Origin: an uncultured virus (IMG/VR IMGVR_UViG_3300025138_000019) | Lineage: Duplodnaviria; Heunggongvirae; Uroviricota; Caudoviricetes | Length of the DNA stretch: 64,000 nucleotides | IMG/VR virus record: IMGVR_UViG_3300025138_000019 | Reading direction: 5' to 3' (one strand) | In this document: positions 57,337 through 64,000 of the stretch, piece after piece | Layout: each line of letters begins with the position of its first letter | How positions within the stretch are numbered: position 1 is the first letter of the stretch | Translations under genes and position numbers: made by a program | The notes under the pieces: model-generated | Seen by the model: the letters and a program-made list of their open reading frames with translations, nothing else | The model's database searches: none | Told to the model about the DNA's origin: nothing

Positions 57337-58005
57337 CTAGTTAAATTTGATTCCAAGTTTACTCAAAATATTCTGACCTATAACCCATGGTGTCACACTT
57401 TCAGAACTCAGATCGTATGTCTTTTCTTCGTATGAATACGTATCATCGCATAATTCAGCAGATATACGATCTTCCCAATACAACTCAACAACCATACTCT
57501 TTCTGAAGAAAGGATATAACTTATTACATTCTGGTATATCGATTGTGTTGTGTAAAATATTTTGCCTATGTCTAAACTGAAGTGTGAACTTAGCATCACT
57601 GAAAGATATCCACCACTTATGTCCAAACTCTTCTCTTGGATCAAAAGATGAAACTAAGTTATCAAACAAGGGGGATGGTACTTCAATATAACCCCTCTTT
57701 GATATTCTCACAATCTCATTGAGAAATTTAACTGGTTCATGAATATGTTCTAATATATGACTAGCAAAACAATAATCAAATTCTTTATCTTTAAATGGAT
57801 ATGGATATGAATTCAATTCGTGTTTGACAAACTTCTTATTTGGATAATTGTCTGTGTGATCATCGTGATCAACCAACACATCCGCATACTCACATCCGCT
57901 CTTCGCACCACACCCCAAATCAACCACGTTCCATTGTGGATTGTCTGAGAGTGTTTGCATTACATGATCTCTATCAGTTCTTTTTAACATTATATAAGTT
58001 CCCAT
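57337..58005 (-). CDS. class I SAM-dependent methyltransferase
   Basis: VDLGCG, PFKDKEFDY, SHILEH, GYIEVP. Confidence 0.85.
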   Translation of the reverse strand: MGTYIMLKRTDRDHVMQTLSDNPQWNVVDLGCGAKSGCEYADVLVDHDDHTDNYPNKKFVKHELNSYPYPFKDKEFDYCFASHILEHIHEPVKFLNEIVRISKRGYIEVPSPLFDNLVSSFDPREEFGHKWWISFSDAKFTLQFRHRQNILHNTIDIPECNKLYPFFRKSMVVELYWEDRISAELCDDTYSYEEKTYDLSSESVTPWVIGQNILSKLGIKFN

Positions 58006-58709
58006 ACTGAATAATCTTCATCTTGATTTTCTAACAACTCAACCCAGAACCGATCATTTTTGTTTTTCCTGTTATCTAGCCATTCTTTTGAATGAATTAT
58101 CTTTTTATTTTTTCCTACCATACCAGCGACAATATTAAAAGTAGATGGACTTGATATCATATAATCACAGTGCGACATCCTAACAAAGTCTTCAGCAAAA
58201 TATTCTCTATCCCAAGTATTATCACCAAAGGAATAGCCTAACTTAAGTTCCTTTAGTCTCTCTACCACTGCTTTGAATTGATCCATTTCTAAATCATCAG
58301 TGAAAATATAAAAATGGTTTACTTCTTCTTTGAGTCTATCAATTGCATCCAAATAGTATTGAGTCTTTTGTCCAACGTAAATTGCATCTTTGTCCACTCT
58401 GAACTTATCAGTTCCTCTGAAATGAACAGCACATGAATTTTTAATTAATGGTGGTTCTTCTACTGCGAACTTGAAAATATCTCTAGTTGATATTGTTTTC
58501 CAGTCAAAATACTTTTCACCCAAACAGAACGGTAGATATTGTGGTTCTGTTTGTGTAATATTTTCCAGAGGTAAATCAAAGACACTTAGTCCTTCCCAAG
58601 GGGGACATGCATAACCAACACCTTGTTTCGCTGCTAACTGTCTCATGTTATTGTAGTAGAGAACTTTATTCCCAAAACCACAGGGCGTAAAATCTGGTAT
58701 GATTATCAT
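57990..58709 (-). CDS. second GT11-like glycosyltransferase
   Basis: GFGNKVL, VHFRGTD, IFTDD, EDF...PSTF. Confidence 0.75.
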   Translation of the reverse strand: MIIIPDFTPCGFGNKVLYYNNMRQLAAKQGVGYACPPWEGLSVFDLPLENITQTEPQYLPFCLGEKYFDWKTISTRDIFKFAVEEPPLIKNSCAVHFRGTDKFRVDKDAIYVGQKTQYYLDAIDRLKEEVNHFYIFTDDLEMDQFKAVVERLKELKLGYSFGDNTWDREYFAEDFVRMSHCDYMISSPSTFNIVAGMVGKNKKIIHSKEWLDNRKNKNDRFWVELLENQDEDYSVWELI

Positions 58710-59422
58710 TTTGACTTCTCCAGAGCAACAGGTTTCCAGCCTCTATCTTTCCAGTAACCCATTACATTTTCTCTAAGATCAGAATGACCTTGTTGTTTAT
58801 ATGAAGCCAAATCATCATCACCTAAAACACAGTTGTGGGGATCAGACCAAATAGCAGGGTTATCTTTTGGTTGTGCAGGGACAAAACTTCTTATGTCACC
58901 ATTTACCTTGAGTGATGCACAAAACTGAATGTCCTCTGCGTTATCGAGAGTAACTTGATCCTCTCTCCAGAAGTTTTTCACCCAGTCCCTTTTGAAAACC
59001 CAACAGTGTCCAACGAAGTCAACCTCGACATCTTCAGTATTGAATGCACCAAAATCAATGCCACCAACCTTAATATGAGAGTATCTTCCGTTTGCACCTA
59101 TAATGGAGTTAAGTTGTTTTGATTTATTTACCGCGTACTCCAACCATCCGGGATTAGGAATAGTATCGTCATCGAAAATTGCAACGTAGTCTGTGTCTAA
59201 AATAAGTGGAAGAGTAAATCTGCCGTGGAATTTGAAGTTTCTATTCACATTGTGTATGTGAGTAAATCCATACCTTTCCCGAAGATCCGAGATATCAATG
59301 TGAGAATCATTTTGATAAACTATAATTTCATCTGCCTGGATTGACTGATTATAAATTGATTGAAGCTGATCTTCAAGATAATTTCTTTTCCAAACTGTCA
59401 ATATTACTGTAAGGCTACTCAA
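58706..59422 (-). CDS. GT-A fold glycosyltransferase
   Basis: TTG start after GAGGAG, overlapping the upstream TGA; ILTVWKR, IFDDDTIP, VDFVGHCW, EDI. Confidence 0.75.
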   Translation of the reverse strand: MSSLTVILTVWKRNYLEDQLQSIYNQSIQADEIIVYQNDSHIDISDLRERYGFTHIHNVNRNFKFHGRFTLPLILDTDYVAIFDDDTIPNPGWLEYAVNKSKQLNSIIGANGRYSHIKVGGIDFGAFNTEDVEVDFVGHCWVFKRDWVKNFWREDQVTLDNAEDIQFCASLKVNGDIRSFVPAQPKDNPAIWSDPHNCVLGDDDLASYKQQGHSDLRENVMGYWKDRGWKPVALEKSK

Positions 59423-60036
59423 GTTGGTTCTCCTCTGACGAATGTAAACTCTTGCATGTTTGTCCATACAATGTCATAACCATTATCAACTAATAGTTTA
59501 ACAGATTTTTCTTTATCTTCAACTGAATAATCATCAAATCTTTCGTGATATTCTACTAGTAGTTGTGTTGGGAATATTTCATCCTTAATCATATCCTCAA
59601 CAACAGAAAATTCAGATCCCTCTATGTCCATCTTAAGAAGATCGATATGGCTATGACCTTTCGATTCCATTATAGTTTTTAACTTCTTTACTTCACACCG
59701 TATGGTAGTGTTAGATTCACCAATCACTTCTCTGTAGGAAACCCACTCAGCCCGATCTGGTTGTTCCATCAAAAGATCTCCGTCATGATCTGAAAGACCT
59801 ATTGTTTCAAAAACAAAAGAAGAAGGTGTGTCCTGATCGGAATAGTACTTGACTGAGCGAGGAGTGGGATCAAACAAATAAACAGTGCAACCGTGATTCT
59901 TATAAAGATCGTCATCAAAAGAAATATCTTCGCCAACCCCAAACGAATAAACAACAGAGTGGGGGTTTATTAATTCCGGATCCACCACCCATGCACATGT
60001 ACCGGATCCATACTGTTTAAGTTGCCCATGTGTCAT
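59419..60036 (-). CDS. FkbM-like methyltransferase
   Basis: YSFGVGEDISFD, FDPTP, LKMDIEGSE, VEYH. Confidence 0.85.
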   Translation of the reverse strand: MTHGQLKQYGSGTCAWVVDPELINPHSVVYSFGVGEDISFDDDLYKNHGCTVYLFDPTPRSVKYYSDQDTPSSFVFETIGLSDHDGDLLMEQPDRAEWVSYREVIGESNTTIRCEVKKLKTIMESKGHSHIDLLKMDIEGSEFSVVEDMIKDEIFPTQLLVEYHERFDDYSVEDKEKSVKLLVDNGYDIVWTNMQEFTFVRGEPT

Positions 60037-60037
60037 A

Positions 60038-60880
60038 TCAAGTCTCCTTTAGAGACGGATTGTAAGATGAAATAAGATGGTAATACTTTTCTTTGTTCTC
60101 TGTGTAAGATTCTAACATTGGTATTTCATCTGGATCAACATATCTAACTCGATGTTCATTGAACAAAAACTTACCTTCGTCTATGAAAGATTGTATTTTT
60201 GCAGGCACATCATCAACACCCTCCATGAAATTCTTACCCAGATCAACTGCATGTCCCCAGTTCCTCAACTTAATTTCTATCTGCTCAGGAGTTCCAATGT
60301 ATGTAAGGTGACACGCCGTTTCCTTAAAGATTTTTATCTGAGGATGTTTATCTCTCAAGTCACGCAACTGGTTTAGTGTTAAACCTGAAGTTTCCAGAGT
60401 GGCGTGTGATATCCCGGTAGGTCCATTCCACTTTTGGAATTCGCCTTCACTAGATCTAATACCATTCAAGAAATAGCAATGGAAGTTACCCTGTAGACAA
60501 AAGGGTTGTTTAGTTACTTTATATTCCTCTATTACTTCTTTTAGTTTACTTCTGATTGGTATCTCATCTAAATCAGAATAAAGAATAAGATCATCACGAG
60601 TACAGTTACTCAAACCGTCTATACATCTATTCTTTTGTTCTATGTCAATGTATGCTCTTCCTTTACCTTTCATGTCATCAACCACAACATGAACGATCTT
60701 ATCGAGGTACTTAGAATATCTCTCTTTGTTTTCTTCGAAGTAAAGAGGTTTATCATCACCCATGTGAGTGACGGTATTTTCACATAGAACAAAATGATCT
60801 ACGACATCATATAACTCTTCAAGTCTAAGCTCTAGTAAGTCTAACTCATTATAAAAATTAAAGCAATCCCATATCTTCAT
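60038..60880 (-). CDS. GT17-like glycosyltransferase
   Basis: DCFNFYNELDLLELRL, SDLDEIP, HLTY. Confidence 0.82.
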   Translation of the reverse strand: MKIWDCFNFYNELDLLELRLEELYDVVDHFVLCENTVTHMGDDKPLYFEENKERYSKYLDKIVHVVVDDMKGKGRAYIDIEQKNRCIDGLSNCTRDDLILYSDLDEIPIRSKLKEVIEEYKVTKQPFCLQGNFHCYFLNGIRSSEGEFQKWNGPTGISHATLETSGLTLNQLRDLRDKHPQIKIFKETACHLTYIGTPEQIEIKLRNWGHAVDLGKNFMEGVDDVPAKIQSFIDEGKFLFNEHRVRYVDPDEIPMLESYTENKEKYYHLISSYNPSLKET

Positions 60881-60888
60881 AGTTCACC

Positions 60889-61728
60889 TCACCAGTAACA
60901 ACTGTTTTCTACGAGTTCTGTTTTTTCTTTTTCAGGAGTTTCTTCTGCCGATGGCCTTTTCCAGTTTTCATTATAGAACTCTGAAATGATTGGGTGAGTA
61001 TCCCATCTACCACCCTTAACACCAAAGAGAATCTGTGTTGGACCACCTATGTGAATACCCTGCTTGTTGAATCTCTTCGCATGTACAGCAAGAGGAAGTG
61101 ACCAAGCTCCACAACCAGTGAGAACAACGTCAGCGTCAGAGTCTTCGATCTTCGACTTGAGATCATCCAGTCCCTCAAACCAATTCTCGTAAGGGGATTC
61201 GGTTAAGTAATGTGACTGTGGTGTTTCTACAACTTCTAAATCAAACTCAGGAAGAACTCTTCCATCTTCCCAGAGCGACTCCCTGTTGTTATCATACTGC
61301 TCTTTAATTGTTTTGGCAAATGGTGACATAACCAAAACCTTTTTACCAGCAAGAGCTTCTGTCCAAGGGTTATCGTGGTAGTATGGTTCAAGACCTCTAA
61401 GTTCAGTCAAGAGAACTTCTGGATTTCTCGCGGTGAGAATTTCTTCATCATGATCTAACCACTTTGGAGAGAGATCAACTTGATCTAAACACTCATAAAA
61501 TACTTCAGCAAACTCGTTTAGTGTATCCTGATCTTCGGGAAAAACTCCAGCAATAACAGTGATAAAATAAATCACCTGCTGGTTCCAAGTGGGTGCTTCC
61601 ATTAGATTTTGAATAAGAGCCAACTGCTCAGAATTTCCAATCTTTCCTGCACAAAAAGCTTCACCTGATAAAACCATTTGCTTTAATTTCTCATTACCTT
61701 CATTCGCATTCATACTGAAATACCTCAT
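60889..61728 (-). CDS. putative glycosyltransferase (GT-D-like)
   Basis: GKIGNSE, EPYY...WTEALAGKKVLVMSPF, GCGAW, HIGG..QILFG. Confidence 0.6.
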   Translation of the reverse strand: MRYFSMNANEGNEKLKQMVLSGEAFCAGKIGNSEQLALIQNLMEAPTWNQQVIYFITVIAGVFPEDQDTLNEFAEVFYECLDQVDLSPKWLDHDEEILTARNPEVLLTELRGLEPYYHDNPWTEALAGKKVLVMSPFAKTIKEQYDNNRESLWEDGRVLPEFDLEVVETPQSHYLTESPYENWFEGLDDLKSKIEDSDADVVLTGCGAWSLPLAVHAKRFNKQGIHIGGPTQILFGVKGGRWDTHPIISEFYNENWKRPSAEETPEKEKTELVENSCYW

Positions 61729-62500
61729 TTAAAATTTTACATGTAGTTGAAAAGGATCCATATGAGGAACAGTTTTCCTCGTACCAAGATATGCAATTAT
61801 CAGAAAGAGTTTTCCACTCTTCCTCTTTGACTTCTCTTAGTTTATCTATCTCTTCTGGAGAAGAGATTTTTATAAAGTGTGTATTTTCTACCAGTTTATT
61901 ATAGTAGGTAGTATCCACACCGGGTGTTACGATTGGAACCACACCAAAAGCCATGTACTCTATTTCTCTATTACATTTTGGACCGTAGCCTGGCAGACAT
62001 AATCCAAATTTAGAATAGGAAAGTTTTTCCAAATACTCTTCTTGTGTGTAAGGCCACCTGTTGGTGTCCCCCATCATAACGGGCATACTAAACAGTTCTA
62101 TACAATCAGACCAATCATGTGATGATCTTTTATCTAATTGTACTTGATTTTCTATCTTACCCAAGAAAATACTTTCGATTTTTCTGTCTTGGTAAGAACG
62201 TCTAAATTCTTTTTTATATTTTTCTATTAGCTTTGGTTTTCTTCCCCAAAAAATCCAAGGCTTGCATCTGTCGTCTGCACAGTTAGGAATCGTATTACCA
62301 AATAATCCATATTCAAAAGGAGAGACTGGTCGATCATCAACTCTTGGATGATCGTATAATAAAATTTTGCCAGGCTTATCTACCCAACAAAATCCATCTG
62401 GGCTGTCTCCAAGTTTACACAACCCTTCAGATTCCCAAATATCTAGCAACTCTCTAAAAGAATCGCCCTTATGTCCCTGCCGGGGTTTTAGTATAATCAC
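61700..62500 (-). CDS. GT47/exostosin-like glycosyltransferase
   Basis: YLEKLSYSKFGLCLPGYG...REIEYMAFGVVPI. Confidence 0.65.
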   Translation of the reverse strand: MIILKPRQGHKGDSFRELLDIWESEGLCKLGDSPDGFCWVDKPGKILLYDHPRVDDRPVSPFEYGLFGNTIPNCADDRCKPWIFWGRKPKLIEKYKKEFRRSYQDRKIESIFLGKIENQVQLDKRSSHDWSDCIELFSMPVMMGDTNRWPYTQEEYLEKLSYSKFGLCLPGYGPKCNREIEYMAFGVVPIVTPGVDTTYYNKLVENTHFIKISSPEEIDKLREVKEEEWKTLSDNCISWYEENCSSYGSFSTTCKILNEVFQYECE

Positions 62501-63146
62501 ATTTACCTACCATTATATCCATGAGAGACATCTTAGTTTCAATGCCTCTAGTAAAGTTAGCATGATGCATAATGATGTCTTTTGGTACATCAAAATTCCA
62601 TGCAATATCTCGCGTCCATTCTTTTTCTAAAGAATGAAAAACGTTGTGGTATCGTTTACCCAGTGGTTTTGCTTTTATTCCCATATCTTTGATATAGTAA
62701 TTCATTGCTATTTGATCACCACTACCACTTTGACTAAAGTTATCCATGTTTTTCAGGACGTTTTCGAATAGATTGAGAATTTTATCGTTTGATCTAGCAA
62801 TAAAGAAACCAGCACAAAGCATATTTACATCATCTATACAAGCTATATCATTGTCACCAATTTCTTCGATGATATTATCTTTGAACTTATCGAAGAAAAT
62901 TATATCACAATCAGAATGTACAAAAAATTCATCTCGACCTTTTGTTTCTAAGATAGAATCTACAACATATTCCATCTTTTTTCTCATCGCAGACATCCAT
63001 CCGGCGTGCATAAATGATGCCGAAGGACAGTCCTGTGGGATGTTTCTAATAACAAGCTCAAGATCTTTTTCATAAGGAAACGACTTGAGGTAATAATCAT
63101 CTAATATTTGTTTGTGTGAGTCGGAGTAGAACGTATATGTTTTCAT
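62469..63146 (-). CDS. GT77-like nucleotide-diphospho-sugar transferase
   Basis: HSDCDIIFF, CAGFF, DQIAMN, HHANF...K. Confidence 0.78.
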   Translation of the reverse strand: MKTYTFYSDSHKQILDDYYLKSFPYEKDLELVIRNIPQDCPSASFMHAGWMSAMRKKMEYVVDSILETKGRDEFFVHSDCDIIFFDKFKDNIIEEIGDNDIACIDDVNMLCAGFFIARSNDKILNLFENVLKNMDNFSQSGSGDQIAMNYYIKDMGIKAKPLGKRYHNVFHSLEKEWTRDIAWNFDVPKDIIMHHANFTRGIETKMSLMDIMVGKCDYTKTPAGT

Positions 63147-63155
63147 TATATTTTC

Positions 63156-63854
63156 CTAACTAACTTCTCTAAGAACCCCGAAGTTATTATTTTTTCTTTC
63201 TTCAAATACCTTTCCATCTTTTTCATACATTTCACCACTGTCATTTCTTTGATGTAACTCATCAGCTTGATCGTGGTTTCCGGGAATCCAAAGATGTTTT
63301 GCAATACAAATATCACTAACTGCAAACTTACCCATTAGCATACACGCCGAAGTTTGCTCGTTATCACAAAACACAGAAGTATAATCTGGGTGGTAGATAT
63401 ATCCAAATCTCTCATAGAGCTTCCATCCCAAACAAGGCAATGTCATCAATGGATCTTTTCTTATTCCATCATTAAACTTTATTGCCCCATCATAATCAGG
63501 GAAGGTGTTTTGATATGTCCTATAGATGATATCATCATAATCTTCTTGGACGGGGAACATATCATCTGAAATCAGTAAAAGAACATCACCCTCCGCACCG
63601 TCCATATTTGCGTTACAAGCTTCTACTTTAGATTTTGAGTTACCGTAGAAATATTGTATATCATTAGCCTGTGCTAACTCATCTAACCACATTCTCATTT
63701 TTGGTGTATTCATTGTCGAATCATCTTCATCTAAAGTTATGATAAATGATACTTCATGTTTACCAGAAAGTAAAGAAATATATTTGGTTAAAATTTGTTT
63801 GAATTTTTCAGGACGATTACGAGAAGGAAATTTTATCACTAGTTTCATTATCAA
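63156..63854 (-). CDS. GT-A fold glycosyltransferase
   Basis: KFPSRNRP, LDEDD, ISDDM, YHPDY..FCDNE. Confidence 0.72.
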   Translation of the reverse strand: MIMKLVIKFPSRNRPEKFKQILTKYISLLSGKHEVSFIITLDEDDSTMNTPKMRMWLDELAQANDIQYFYGNSKSKVEACNANMDGAEGDVLLLISDDMFPVQEDYDDIIYRTYQNTFPDYDGAIKFNDGIRKDPLMTLPCLGWKLYERFGYIYHPDYTSVFCDNEQTSACMLMGKFAVSDICIAKHLWIPGNHDQADELHQRNDSGEMYEKDGKVFEERKNNNFGVLREVS

Positions 63855-64000
63855 TTACCTATTTTTTCCTATATGGTATTTTGGTATTAGTTCCCAGTCA
63901 GTTTTTTCTCTGTGTGGGATAATTTTAATTTGTGCCAAACCTGATTGTGGTTCATCATATTCCTCTCCTTCGATTGGAACAACTAAACCCCATTCTTTTA
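63855..64000 (-). CDS. regA: RegA translational repressor, C-terminal part (5' end outside window)
   Basis: Minus-strand translation KEWGLVVP...QIKIIPHREKTDWELIPKYHIGKNR* matches the RegA C-terminal pattern (WGL...QIK...EK..W.L.PKY.IG). Confidence 0.85.
   Translation of the reverse strand, partial: KEWGLVVPIEGEEYDEPQSGLAQIKIIPHREKTDWELIPKYHIGKNR

Noticed and set aside
40190..63854. Host chromosomal LPS/capsule locus (prophage boundary or misassembly)
   Set aside because: Flanked on both sides by T4-like core genes (regA; fibre genes, dut and gp43), same strand and tight packing, and no export or polymerase genes recognised

Overview
This 64 kb window is from a large T4-like (Tevenvirinae-related) dsDNA myophage genome read in the standard genetic code. 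The T4-type replication core is on the minus strand: regA (partial, right edge), gp43 DNA polymerase, uvsX, gp41 helicase and gp61 primase. With it are a second, Zn-finger-less primase copy, thyX, dUTPase, a class II (B12) ribonucleotide reductase, a RuvC-like resolvase and a PD-(D/E)XK exonuclease. About 28 kb separates regA from gp43, which are neighbours in T4. Most of that gap is a co-oriented island of about 30 glycan-synthesis genes (NeuA/NeuB, GT29-, GT11-, GT17-, GT77-, GT47- and GT2-like transferases, aminotransferases, methyltransferases, 2OG-Fe(II) oxygenases) that runs into a collagen-like fibre gene and putative tail-fibre genes. The left 17 kb holds basic, Glu-delimited proteins resembling T4 capsid-internal proteins, a lipoprotein serine protease, an HNH nuclease and a 1595-aa Cys-rich orphan. 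A phage-encoded outer-membrane porin sits behind a perfect sigma70 promoter. The best candidates for an undescribed system are: (i) a virion O-glycosylation/sialylation system whose acceptor may be the Gly-hydrophobic-Thr motif recurring in the putative structural proteins; (ii) structured non-coding elements carrying a 15-nt exact match to the 16S rRNA 3' tail; (iii) protease-processed, capsid-packaged polyproteins. No tRNA, rRNA gene, CRISPR array, intron or intein was seen. All family calls are from motif recognition by eye, not from database searches.
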